64,000 nt of DNA from Myxococcota bacterium (lineage in GTDB: Bacteria; Myxococcota_A; Polyangia; Nannocystales; Nannocystaceae), in contig JBCCHT010000021.1 in assembly GCA_039028615.1 (NCBI GenBank), forward strand, positions 147,821 through 211,820, read 5' to 3'. Shown in pieces: positions 18,201-27,883 of this stretch (its first letter is position 1; each line of letters starts with the position of its first letter). The notes beneath the pieces were generated by a model. The model saw nothing but the letters and a program-made list of their open reading frames with translations, had not been told where the DNA came from and ran no database searches. Made by a program: the position numbers and the translations under genes.

Positions 18201-21176
18201 CTACCGAGGCTCCGAGTGTTTTTGCCGTTCGTCCACGGCGTCGGCCTGGGCTCGGCACTCGAGCGCTTCTTCGAGCAGCCGCTCGTGCTCCAGCGTCGTG
18301 GCCAGCTCGATGGCCTGGCCCACCAGATCGAGCCCCCGGGCCACGTCGTGCCCCGATCGGATCAGCACGCAGCCGAGTCGAGAGGTCAGCTCGGCCTTCT
18401 TGCGCTCGGTTCCGCCGCTCTCGAGCATGATCGCGTAGGCGCGCTCGAAGGTGGCGACCGCCTCGGAGTCCCGCGACACGTCGAGCAGGGCGTCGCCGAG
18501 GTTGCCGAGCACGATGAGCAGACCGGGGTGAGACGGACCCCAGGCTTTTTCGCGGATCTCGAGCGAGCGCTGGAACCAGGCCAGCGCGGCGTCGGAATCG
18601 CCCATGCGTCGTTTGGTGGCGCCGAGACTGTTGGCGCTACGGGCCACCATCGGGTGATCGGGCCCGTGGACCTCGATGCGCAGTGCCATGGCGCGTTGGT
18701 GGTGATCGAAGGCGGCCTGGAAGTCCTCGCGCTTGAGGGCCTGGTTGCCCAGCGTGCTCGCGATGAGGGCCTTTTCGAGGGGGTTGATCTCGGGCAGGCG
18801 ATCGGCGAGGTCGGCGGCTCGCCGGATGTAGTCGTCGGCGCCGTCGAGCTCGTTCATGGCCCCCAGGGCGTTGCCGAGGTTGCGGTAGTGGGCGAGCATC
18901 GCGGGGTGGTCGGGGCTGAGGTGGCGCTCACCGACCCGAATCGCGCTCTCGAAATGCGTGCGTGCGCGCTTCAGCTCGCCGAGCTGCGCGTAGACCGAGC
19001 CGAGGCTCGAGTAGACGCCGAGCATCTGGAAATCGTCGGGGCCATAGGCCCGAAGCGCAGCGGCGTGGGCTCGCCCCACGACGTCGATCGCCTCGGGTTT
19101 CATGCGCCACTGCACGAGGATCCACGCCCTACGACCCAACAAGGTGGACTGCATGACGGGCGTGGAGCCGAGCTGCTCGTCGGTGGCTTCGGCCAGGTCG
19201 GCCCAGGGCAAGCCCTCCTCGGGGCGCGCGAGGCTGCTGCCCAGGACCAGCGAGATTCGAGAAGCGGCGTCGCGAACCTGGGGGTCCATGCCCAGCGCCT
19301 GCGCACGATTGAGGGCCTGGCGGAGGGTCTCGAGTCCGGGCTCGAGCTTGCCCGCGTCGACGCGGGCGGCACCCAGCGCGAGCAGGTACTCGGCTTCGAG
19401 GGGAGGGTGGCCGATGGACTCGACGACCTCGGCGAGAGGCTCCAGGATGGCGAGCGCCTTTTCGTGGAGCAGCAGTCGCTTATCGGCGGTGGCACGCTCG
19501 AGCTGGGCCTGCACATCCGAGACCGCCCGCTGCGTCTCGGCATCCGGGGGCTCGGGGGCGTTGCGCTCGAGCGCGGTCCGGTCGGCGCACGCGTCGACCG
19601 ACGGGAGCTTCTCGACCGAGGCCAAGGCGTTCTTGACCACTTCGGGCTCGGCGGCGCTCAGCAGCTCGACCGAAGCATCGAGTCCGACGAGGCGGCGGTC
19701 GAGGCAGGCCATGCGCTTGTCGAGCAGGGCACCCGTCTGCTCGTGGCGCACATGGGTCGCCTCGCAGGCGTCGCGATGGGCGGCGGTCCACCGCTCGGCG
19801 TAGCGCTCCAAGGCGTCGCGCGTGCCTTCGGCGATGTGGGCGGCGTAGGGCAGGCTCTCGACGTCGAGGGCGCTCTGCACGGCCTCGGCTCGCTCGGGAT
19901 TCCACACCTCCAGCATGCGAGTGCGGCCGCCGTTACACACGTCGGGGGCGGGCGCGGTGGTGGGGTTGAGGAGCAGGTACCCCGCGGTGGCGAGCCCCGC
20001 GAGCGAGACGGTGCCGGCCAAGCCCCAGCGCAGTCGAGCGTTGCGCCGTCGGTCGCGGTCGTCGAGCATCGCCTCGACCAGCTCCGTCATCGACTCGAAG
20101 CGCTCCGCCGGGTCTCGCCGGAGGCCGCGGAGCACGACGCGATGCAGCCACGTGGGGACGGTGGTGCCCGTAGGGGGCGGGCGCAGCTTCTGCGCCATGA
20201 CGTGATAGGCGATGCTCCGCGCCGAGGTCCCCTGGAAGGGCCGATAGCCGTATAGGGCCTCGAAGAGCGTCACGCAGAAGCTGAACTGATCGCTGCGCGC
20301 GTCGGGAGCTTCGTCGCGGTACTGCTCCGGGGCCATGTAGGCCGGGGTCCCCAGGACGGTGCCGGTCTGCGTGAGATCCACCGACAGCGCAGAGTTCTCG
20401 AGGTCGATACCGGGGCCGTCGTCCGAGTCGATGGAATCGTCGAGCTTGGCGGCCCGGGCCAGGCCGAAGTCGAGCACCTTCACCACGCCGTCGTCGGTGA
20501 GCATCATGTTGGCAGGCTTGAGGTCGCGATGGACGAGCCCGGCCGCGTGGGCCGACGCCAGGCCGCGGCCCGCCTGCGCGAGGACCTCGACGACCTCGGT
20601 CCACGCCGGCTTGCTTCGGATCCACTGGGCGAGGTTCTGGCCGCGGATGAACTCCATGGCCACGAAGATCTTGCCGTCGGCCTCCCCGACCTCGTGCACG
20701 GTGACGACGTTGGGGTGCGACAGGCGGGCCATGGCCTGCGCCTCGCGCTGGAGACGGCGCTGGGCGGTGTAGCCATCGCGTCGGTGGGTGTGGATGACCT
20801 TGACGGCGACCTTGCGATCGAGCTGCTCGTCGTAAGCGGCATAGACCGAGCCCATGCCCCCTCGTCCGATCTCCTCGAGCACGGCGAAGCGGCCAATGAT
20901 CGAGGGAAGCGGCTCGTAGTCCTCGACGCCCTGGCCGGGGAATTGCGTCAGCGGCTCCTGATCCGAGTCTTCGAGGCGTGCTTCGGGGTGTTGTCGCGGG
21001 ACCGTGTCGTCGTTGGCGAAGCGAGGCGCGCCGTACTGCATGGTGACGTCGCGTCCCGGGTCGCCCTCCTCGTGCTGCCGTTTCAGCGGTGGCGCGCCCA
21101 CGCCTTGGTCGGTGCGATGCTCCGACTCGGAAGGCTCGGGCGCACCGTCACCGAGGGTATCTTCGTCGGAGGCCAT
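18201..21176 (-). CDS. Membrane Ser/Thr protein kinase with TPR repeats (paralogue of 11171-14089)
   Basis: IGRGGMGSVY, VAVKVI, HRDLKPAN, DFGLA, GTPAYMAPE, TM segment, TPRs. Start set at the ATG of MASDEDT to avoid overlapping the upstream gene. Confidence 0.92.
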   Translation of the reverse strand: MASDEDTLGDGAPEPSESEHRTDQGVGAPPLKRQHEEGDPGRDVTMQYGAPRFANDDTVPRQHPEARLEDSDQEPLTQFPGQGVEDYEPLPSIIGRFAVLEEIGRGGMGSVYAAYDEQLDRKVAVKVIHTHRRDGYTAQRRLQREAQAMARLSHPNVVTVHEVGEADGKIFVAMEFIRGQNLAQWIRSKPAWTEVVEVLAQAGRGLASAHAAGLVHRDLKPANMMLTDDGVVKVLDFGLARAAKLDDSIDSDDGPGIDLENSALSVDLTQTGTVLGTPAYMAPEQYRDEAPDARSDQFSFCVTLFEALYGYRPFQGTSARSIAYHVMAQKLRPPPTGTTVPTWLHRVVLRGLRRDPAERFESMTELVEAMLDDRDRRRNARLRWGLAGTVSLAGLATAGYLLLNPTTAPAPDVCNGGRTRMLEVWNPERAEAVQSALDVESLPYAAHIAEGTRDALERYAERWTAAHRDACEATHVRHEQTGALLDKRMACLDRRLVGLDASVELLSAAEPEVVKNALASVEKLPSVDACADRTALERNAPEPPDAETQRAVSDVQAQLERATADKRLLLHEKALAILEPLAEVVESIGHPPLEAEYLLALGAARVDAGKLEPGLETLRQALNRAQALGMDPQVRDAASRISLVLGSSLARPEEGLPWADLAEATDEQLGSTPVMQSTLLGRRAWILVQWRMKPEAIDVVGRAHAAALRAYGPDDFQMLGVYSSLGSVYAQLGELKRARTHFESAIRVGERHLSPDHPAMLAHYRNLGNALGAMNELDGADDYIRRAADLADRLPEINPLEKALIASTLGNQALKREDFQAAFDHHQRAMALRIEVHGPDHPMVARSANSLGATKRRMGDSDAALAWFQRSLEIREKAWGPSHPGLLIVLGNLGDALLDVSRDSEAVATFERAYAIMLESGGTERKKAELTSRLGCVLIRSGHDVARGLDLVGQAIELATTLEHERLLEEALECRAQADAVDERQKHSEPR

Positions 21177-21288
21177 GCGCGCGCCCGCGATGGTATCCGA
21201 CGCGATGCCCGGCGCGGCCAGCGGGCACCGGGCACCGGGCTTGGGCGCTGAAGGGCGACCGCGGGGGGCAATTGCGCGCGTGGGCGCC

Positions 21289-22677
21289 TCAGTCCTCGGG
21301 GTATGAGGTCCAGCCGGCAGTCCAGGGCTCGGTGCCCGGGGCGAAGGCGCCGGCGTAGCGCGCTCGTTCGTCGAAGCCGTCGAACAAGGCCGTCGGAGGA
21401 TCGATGCTGGCTTCGACGACCGCATTGCCCTGGGGAACCCAACCCGGGCTCGCCAGGTTGAAGGGGGAGGTCAGCGAAGGGTTGACGCCCAGCGTGAGGC
21501 CGGACAGGCCACGGAAATGAGCGTCTTCGTCGAAGCCTTCGTCATCGTCGGCGTCGGCGTCGAACTCCTCGGTGGGAAGCGGGAACCAGTGGTCACCACC
21601 GGACCCGACCGCGAACATCAGCGCTCCATCGATCGTCAGCTGGCCGTCTTCGAGGCGAGCCACCGTCTCGGCGTCTTGGATGTCGATCGCTTCGATGGGG
21701 TGACCGGTGACGAGCACGTTGTTGAGCGAGCCGCCGGTTCCGTCCTTGAGGGTCATGGCGCGCTGGCTGCCCTGGCCGCCGGAGCCGAGCAGGGTCACGT
21801 TCCACAGCTCGGGCATCGCGATCGGCATGGCTCCCGGCTCTCCGCTGCTCGCCTCGAACCCGTTGTCGCCATCGAGGTCCTGCTGAATGGCGACGAACTG
21901 AGCGGAGCCGCTCCAGCCGAGGTCCCAGTCCATCGAGTCGTCTTGGGCCCGGGTGATGACCACGTGTCGGAGGTCGACGGTTCCGCCGAACAGCTCCACG
22001 CCATCGTCGAGGCCGAAGTGCACCTGCACGTGGTCGACGAGCGTGCCCGTGCCGCAACCGCCGAGCGTGAGGCCGTTGAGTTCGTTGTCCTGCTCGAGCG
22101 GGAACCCGGCGAACTCGATGCGGGTGTACTCGATGACGCCGCAGGAGTGCGTGGGGTCGTTGCCGCCGAATCCGGCTCGGCTGGCGTCGCCCACCCCTTC
22201 GAGGGCCGAGCCGGGTGCGTTGATCGGGGCCGAGCCCAGCAGGGCCACGCCGCCCCAGTCGCCCGGGCTGCGCTCGCCGACCGGACGGGCACTGGTAAAC
22301 ACCACTGGCTCGGTCTCCGTGCCTCGTGAGCGCAGCTGGGCTCCCGACTGGGCCACCAGCGCCGAGCCTTCCTCACCCAGGATGCGCGTACCCGAGCGAA
22401 TGGTCAGCGTGGCGCCGGGCTCGACGTAGATGGTCTTCTCCAGGCGATAGGTCTGGTCCGAAGCCCACACGGTGTCTTCGGTGATGTTCTCGGCAATGTC
22501 GACGATTGCATCCTCGGCGGAGGTGCAAATCTGGGCAATGCACAGGTGCCCCGGATCGAGACAATGAGCGTCGACCGTACACTCTGCGAAATCGAGCATC
22601 GTCGTACATGCACTGTTGTTGAGCATGATTGCGATCGATGGGGGAACCAGGAAGGAGGGGGTCATCCGCGTTCGCAT
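21289..22677 (-). CDS. Putative surface lipoprotein with beta-helix-like domain (GDWGG..LLG.APIN family)
   Basis: Possible lipobox NSAC; VEPGATLTIRSGT, GDWGGVALLGSAPIN, YTRIEFAG, NELNGLTLGG, DDGVELFGG, WTAGWT. Start uncertain (22677 vs 22749). Confidence 0.7.
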   Translation of the reverse strand: MRTRMTPSFLVPPSIAIMLNNSACTTMLDFAECTVDAHCLDPGHLCIAQICTSAEDAIVDIAENITEDTVWASDQTYRLEKTIYVEPGATLTIRSGTRILGEEGSALVAQSGAQLRSRGTETEPVVFTSARPVGERSPGDWGGVALLGSAPINAPGSALEGVGDASRAGFGGNDPTHSCGVIEYTRIEFAGFPLEQDNELNGLTLGGCGTGTLVDHVQVHFGLDDGVELFGGTVDLRHVVITRAQDDSMDWDLGWSGSAQFVAIQQDLDGDNGFEASSGEPGAMPIAMPELWNVTLLGSGGQGSQRAMTLKDGTGGSLNNVLVTGHPIEAIDIQDAETVARLEDGQLTIDGALMFAVGSGGDHWFPLPTEEFDADADDDEGFDEDAHFRGLSGLTLGVNPSLTSPFNLASPGWVPQGNAVVEASIDPPTALFDGFDERARYAGAFAPGTEPWTAGWTSYPED

Positions 22678-22742
22678 GACGTTCGACAGGTTGCACGAAC
22701 GAGTGTCGATGACTAGTCCAAGTGCATAGTCGTCGTCGTTTT

Positions 22743-22758
22743 GTGACATTCACGTGAT
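22743..22758 (-). promoter_or_regulatory. Pho-box-like direct repeat
   Basis: Minus strand reads ATCACgtgaatGTCACaaaa: two (G/A)TCAC half-sites 11 bp apart in a divergent intergenic region. Confidence 0.35.
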
Positions 22759-22871
22759 GTGGCCAAGAGCGGGAGTGCGGGGTCGTTACCGTCCCGTTCC
22801 CGGAACTCCGTTGAATGTCGTTAGTCAGTGCGCTAGGGGAATGATCGTCGTTTGTTCGAAAGCAGGGACGA

Positions 22872-24404
22872 GTGATGCGAGATCCCATCATCGAGACTCT
22901 CCGAGAAAACCCGGTGGCGTCGAGTCACGAGCTGGTGCGGCAGCTCAGGCCGGACGCGCTGGGGTCTCACGCGCTGGTCCGTAGGCGGGGAAGCGGCCGC
23001 TTGGCTACGCTGAGGGCTCAGATCGTGTCCGATCAGGCGTGGCGGGACCGGCAGCCTCACCTGGCCCGGCTCGCCGAGGTTCGTCACAAAAAGATCTCGA
23101 GCCTGCTCGAATTCGGCCGCTACGACGATATCGCCTATACGATTCACGACTATGTCGACGGCCGCCGGTTGGCGGAGATCCTCGCAGAGCGTGGTCAATT
23201 GTCGTTGTCTGAATTTGTGCCAATCGTGTCACAAATATCGATGGGAGTCGCTGATGCCCACCTTCGTGGACTCGTGGTGGGCGGTGTTCGGCCTGAGAAC
23301 GTGACCCTCTTCGAGCACGACGGACGAGCTCTCGTCGTGAAACTGCGCGACTTCGGGCTCTCGGCGTTGCCGGGCACGGATGTGGCGATCCGCGGGGTGA
23401 CCGACGAACCCTCGGATTTCTGGGCTCCCGAGGCCGATCGTCTGGCCGACCCGAGCTCCGATGTCTTCGCGCTGGCCGCCCTGTGTGTACGAATGCTCGA
23501 TGGTGCGCTTCCGACCTTCGACTCGGCGGCAGACCGTTCGGCCCTGCTGCGGGCCCGCCTCGAACCGTTGAAGCGGGTCAACGCGAGCCTGCCCGACGCG
23601 TTCATCGAGCTGCTCCGTCGATCGCTCGACCCGGATCCGAGCCTGCGGCCGGCCGATGCCAACGCGCTGTTCGAAGAACTCATCGACGCAGTGCCGATGT
23701 CGGCGTTTCGCCTGCCGCGCGTCGGCCAGGATTCACCCCGAGACCTGTTTTCCAGCCCTCCCAGCGCCAGCATGAGCGCGATGACGCTGCTGGCGGGACG
23801 CTGGGGCGACGAGCCGGAGGAGGAGCCTCCGTCACCGAGCCCGCGGCCCTTGTCTGCCCCGCTGCCGTCGCCCAGCCCTCGACCACGGCGGCGAGGGTGG
23901 ATCGCAGCCGTCGCCGCGTTGGTGGTGGTGGCCACCGGAACGACGCTGGGGTTGGCGGCAGGCTCGTCGGCCCAGGAACGCGAGACGCAGTCGATGGAGC
24001 CCGCTCCGGTCGCGGTCGGTCACGCTCCGGTCGAGGTCCAACGGGCGCCCGAGCGCTCGGCACCTGCCGCGGTGCCCATCGTGGAGGCGCCGACGAGCGT
24101 GAGCCCTCCTCCCGTCGTCGAGCCGCCCCCGAGGGCCGAGCCCGCGGCTCAAAGCGTCGCGCTGCCCACCTCTGAAGTCGATGCCCCCCAAGCCGAACCC
24201 AGGCTTCCATCGTCGACGCGACGACGAAGTCGCGACCGGCGGGTAGTCGAGCCATTGCCTCGAGACGAACAACCCGAAGCTCCGCGGGCGGTCCCCGCGA
24301 GGAGTCGCTCGGCTGCACTCCTCGGGCGAGACTCCGCTGGCGGCATCGAGCCGTCTGCGCCGGACGACGGGGACCCGCTGCTGTCTCGCAGTTCGCACAA
24401 TTGA
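22872..24404 (+). CDS. Degenerate (pseudo)kinase domain protein with TM segment and Pro-rich tail
   Basis: DFG and APE retained; catalytic loop reads VVGGVRPENV instead of HRDLKPxN; no Gly-rich loop or VAIK lysine; TM WIAAVAALVVVA. Confidence 0.7.
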   Translation: MMRDPIIETLRENPVASSHELVRQLRPDALGSHALVRRRGSGRLATLRAQIVSDQAWRDRQPHLARLAEVRHKKISSLLEFGRYDDIAYTIHDYVDGRRLAEILAERGQLSLSEFVPIVSQISMGVADAHLRGLVVGGVRPENVTLFEHDGRALVVKLRDFGLSALPGTDVAIRGVTDEPSDFWAPEADRLADPSSDVFALAALCVRMLDGALPTFDSAADRSALLRARLEPLKRVNASLPDAFIELLRRSLDPDPSLRPADANALFEELIDAVPMSAFRLPRVGQDSPRDLFSSPPSASMSAMTLLAGRWGDEPEEEPPSPSPRPLSAPLPSPSPRPRRRGWIAAVAALVVVATGTTLGLAAGSSAQERETQSMEPAPVAVGHAPVEVQRAPERSAPAAVPIVEAPTSVSPPPVVEPPPRAEPAAQSVALPTSEVDAPQAEPRLPSSTRRRSRDRRVVEPLPRDEQPEAPRAVPARSRSAALLGRDSAGGIEPSAPDDGDPLLSRSSHN

Positions 24405-24423
24405 ACACACCAACACTTCCGTC

Positions 24424-25281
24424 ATGCGTGCCCGTAATTGTCCCATTGTTTCTGGACTCGGTATTGGTTTGATCTTCGTGCTCGGTGTTGCCGATGTACG
24501 AGCGGCCGAGCCGGGTTCTTCTTCGTCTACACTCGAGGCCTCCCGCCGCGACGCGGTCGACGAGCGGATCGAGGCCGGACGCTCCAAGTTTGACGCCGGC
24601 GACTACGTGGGAGCCGTGGCCGAGTTCGAGGCCGCGTACGAAATCGACCCCGATCCGAACTTTCTGTACAACATCGGTCGGACCTACGAAGAGGGGGGGC
24701 AGCTCGCGGCCGCGGCCGACTACTACCGCCGCTATGCTCGACAGCCCGGCATCTCCCTCGAGATGCGGCGCAAGACCAGCGAGCGCATCAAGGTGCTCGA
24801 CGAGGTCTTGGCGCAGACCGAGCCGGAGCAAGCACCCGAGCCCGAACCGGTCGTCGAGAGCGCGCCCCCGAGCGTGGCCGAACCCGAGTACGAGCCACGA
24901 CCACGTCCGGTGAGGTCGCTGGGCACGGATGACGGGCTCGAGCGAGCGGGCCGAGGGCTACGCATCGCCGGCTACTCGATGCTCGCGGTCGGGGCCTCCA
25001 CCCTCGCGGCCGGCGGAGTGCTGGGCGGGTTGGCCAGTCGAGATGCCTCGCAGCTCGAGACGACCGAAGAACCGCAGACTCGGATCGATCTCATCGAGCG
25101 TGGCCGAGCACGCAGCCTCGCGGCCGATGTGTCATTCATTGCCGGCGGCATCATTGCGACCACTGGCCTCGTCGTTGCGCTCGTGGGCGTCGGCCGTCGG
25201 AACCAAGGACGACGCCGAGCTTCGCTGGCGCCCGCCCTGGGCCGCCATGGCGCTTCGGCGAGCCTTCGCGTTCGGTTCTAG
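24424..25281 (+). CDS. Exported TPR protein with hydrophobic C-terminal region
   Basis: Signal peptide; TPR (FEAAYEIDPDPNFLYNIGRTYE); two hydrophobic segments; ends in LRVRF. Confidence 0.75.
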   Translation: MRARNCPIVSGLGIGLIFVLGVADVRAAEPGSSSSTLEASRRDAVDERIEAGRSKFDAGDYVGAVAEFEAAYEIDPDPNFLYNIGRTYEEGGQLAAAADYYRRYARQPGISLEMRRKTSERIKVLDEVLAQTEPEQAPEPEPVVESAPPSVAEPEYEPRPRPVRSLGTDDGLERAGRGLRIAGYSMLAVGASTLAAGGVLGGLASRDASQLETTEEPQTRIDLIERGRARSLAADVSFIAGGIIATTGLVVALVGVGRRNQGRRRASLAPALGRHGASASLRVRF

Positions 25282-25348
25282 CCGAGGCCGACACCGTCGG
25301 AGTTCGCCATGGGTTTTGTGATGCTCGTGCCTTCGGACGACACTCGTG

Positions 25349-25362
25349 ACACATCGATGTGT
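25349..25362. promoter_or_regulatory. Perfect 14-bp palindrome upstream of phoX (candidate operator)
   Basis: ACACATCGATGTGT equals its own reverse complement; about 130 nt upstream of ATG 25493. Confidence 0.35.
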
Positions 25363-25492
25363 AGAGCGTCGTTTTCATGGCTCCGAAATGGGCTCATGTT
25401 GTGGCGTCGTCGTGATGGGAGTGTGGCATCGCCTCCCTAGACTCCCGGCCGTTGCGCAGGACCGAACCCGCGCATTCGGGAGCAATCGACAC

Positions 25493-27784
25493 ATGAAAAA
25501 CTCTGCCATTTTCCCGCTGCTGTCGCTGGCGCTCGCACTGCCCACGGCATGTGGCGACGATACGTCCGGGACCGGGGGATCCAGCGATGACGGTGGCTCC
25601 ACGGGCACCGGGAGCGTCGACGTCACGACGGACTCGCCGATGGGCACCACCTCCGACGAGGAGGCCACCAGCCAAGGATCGACCGACGACGGCGAAGAGA
25701 CCACGGACACCACCGGGGAGCCCCCCGCCGCCCCCAGCGTTCCCGGGCTCATCAAAGAGCTGGTGGCGATGGAAGACGCCGGCACCGACGTCGAAGGGTT
25801 CCCCCTGGAGTACGTGGCCGGTAACGTAGACGTTCGCGTCATCCCGCAGCTGGAGTCGCGCACCCTGACCTCGTTCCTCGAGCCGCTCAGCGACGAGACG
25901 GGCCCCGAAGGACCGGTCTGGGGCTCGAACAACGACTTCATCGCCTATCTCGGCGACGGCTGGGAAGAAGACGGGAGCCCGTATTTTTCCGGCTCGGGTG
26001 AAGCCGGCTGGATGTGGACCAACTTCGAGTACATCAGCAATGGTCGGCCCTCCGAGGGCGCAGCACCCGTCGGGGTGGCGCTGCAGCTGGCCACCTGGTT
26101 GCTGAACCAAGGTGTGCCCGAGTTCCAGTTCGGCGTCGACGATTCCGCCGAGTGGACCGCTGAGCGCGTCGACGCCTACATCACCTGGCACAAGCGCATG
26201 GTCGGCGGAGCGCTGTACCGGGTCGAGCGTGGCGCGGACGGCTGGGCGATCGATACCTCGGCCGACAACGTTCGCTTCGACGCTTCCAGCGACACCTTGT
26301 TCCGCATCACGGGTCCGATCTCCATCGAGCCCGCGCTCGACGACGAGGGGAATGAGCTCCCCGCCAACGTCGTGCCCGGCACCTCGAGCAACTGCTCGGG
26401 CGGCGTGACGCCCTGGGGCACCTTCGTCAGCGCGGAAGAGAACACGCAGTTCGGCTACGGCGACCTGGAGGCGTGCTGGACCAGCTCGAACGTGTTCGTG
26501 CCCGGTGGCCCCTGCGACGACGGCTCGGCCATCGAGTGGGACACCACCCCGAACCCGAACAGCGACTTCACTCGGGGCACGGCCACCAACACGCGGCCGA
26601 ACTACTACGGCTATCTGGTCGAGATCGATCCCAGCGCTCCGTCCGATCGGGCCTATGACGCCGCGACGGGCGAGGGACACCAGAAGCTCGGCTCGATGGG
26701 CCGCGCGCGCTGGGAGAACGTGACCTTCCACGTCGGCCCCGACTGGGCGCTCGTCCCCGACCAGCCCATCGTGTTCTACAGCGGCAACGATCGCCGCGGC
26801 GGTCGTATCTACAAGTGGGTCTCGAACGGTAACTACACCGAGGGGATGACTCGAGCGGAGATCCGCAACTTGCTCGCGGACGGCTCGACCTACGTCGCGC
26901 ACTTCGAGGACCTCGACAACTCCGACGACGATGCGGGGGCCGAAGGCGGCCTGACGGTGGGCGGAAGCCTGCCCACCGCCGCGACCCCGGGCCAGGGGCG
27001 CTGGATTCGGCTGTCGGTGGACAACCAAGAGGACCTGGCACCCAACGCGGCCGCGCTCGGCCCCGCCACGACGGTGGGTGAGGCCCTCGGCGACAACGAC
27101 TGGAACGAGCTCGGCGGCTTCGCCAACGACGAGACCGTCTTGATGGGCCTGTTCACGGCAGCGACCAAGATCGGCGTTCGCGAGCTCAATCGCCCGGAGG
27201 ACCTCGAGTTCAACCCCGTCGACGGTAACGTCTGGATCGCGTTCACCAACCACGGGCGGGCCAACGCGCTGCGCGACGACGGCACGCTCAACCTGGACGA
27301 TCCGGAGACCAAAGCGGACGAGCACGACGACTTCGTGCGAGGTGATCGCGACGGTGCGATCTTCGTGCTGACCGAGGCGGACTCTGGCAACCCCGGGGAC
27401 TCGGATACCTTCACCTTCTACGCCGCGTGGCGGGGCTCCGCCGAGGGGACCACCTTCACCGCGACCGACCCCGACAACCTAGCCATCGATAGCGAGGGGG
27501 GGATCTGGTTCGGTACGGATGGCAACTTCTCCGAACAGACCCAAGACGCGATTTACTACCTACAGGTCGCCGAGGAACCGACCGAGAGCAGGGCCTGGCG
27601 CGTGGCCAGTGTGCCCTCCGACGCAGAGGCGACGGGTCCCAGCTTTTCCTCGGACGAGCACTCGCTGTTCTTCAATGTGCAGCACCCCCACGAAGACCTC
27701 GATGATTCGCCCGATACGGACTTCGAGGCCTTCGGCGAGCTCGGGCCGCGATCGGGTCAGGTGGTCCTGACCCCCGTGCCGTAG
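25493..27784 (+). CDS. phoX: PhoX-family alkaline phosphatase, lipoprotein
   Basis: Lipobox LPTAC; NNDFIAY, WTNFEY, NCSGGVTPWGTFVSAEEN, MGRARWEN, NRPEDLE, PDNLAID, EATGPSF, LFFNVQHP. Confidence 0.9.
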   Translation: MKNSAIFPLLSLALALPTACGDDTSGTGGSSDDGGSTGTGSVDVTTDSPMGTTSDEEATSQGSTDDGEETTDTTGEPPAAPSVPGLIKELVAMEDAGTDVEGFPLEYVAGNVDVRVIPQLESRTLTSFLEPLSDETGPEGPVWGSNNDFIAYLGDGWEEDGSPYFSGSGEAGWMWTNFEYISNGRPSEGAAPVGVALQLATWLLNQGVPEFQFGVDDSAEWTAERVDAYITWHKRMVGGALYRVERGADGWAIDTSADNVRFDASSDTLFRITGPISIEPALDDEGNELPANVVPGTSSNCSGGVTPWGTFVSAEENTQFGYGDLEACWTSSNVFVPGGPCDDGSAIEWDTTPNPNSDFTRGTATNTRPNYYGYLVEIDPSAPSDRAYDAATGEGHQKLGSMGRARWENVTFHVGPDWALVPDQPIVFYSGNDRRGGRIYKWVSNGNYTEGMTRAEIRNLLADGSTYVAHFEDLDNSDDDAGAEGGLTVGGSLPTAATPGQGRWIRLSVDNQEDLAPNAAALGPATTVGEALGDNDWNELGGFANDETVLMGLFTAATKIGVRELNRPEDLEFNPVDGNVWIAFTNHGRANALRDDGTLNLDDPETKADEHDDFVRGDRDGAIFVLTEADSGNPGDSDTFTFYAAWRGSAEGTTFTATDPDNLAIDSEGGIWFGTDGNFSEQTQDAIYYLQVAEEPTESRAWRVASVPSDAEATGPSFSSDEHSLFFNVQHPHEDLDDSPDTDFEAFGELGPRSGQVVLTPVP

Positions 27785-27808
27785 ACAACCCCCGCCGACG
27801 ACACGGTT

Positions 27809-27868
27809 GGACGGGGGCGGCGCCACTCGGCGTCGCCCCTCGTCCGCAATTTTCGAATTCGTTTTTCA
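27809..27868 (+). terminator. Probable intrinsic terminator after phoX
   Basis: GC hairpin GGACGGGGGCGGCGCC-actc-GGCGTCGCCCCTCGTCC followed by a T-rich tail. Confidence 0.55.
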
Positions 27869-27883
27869 GTGGTTGCGGAGCTA

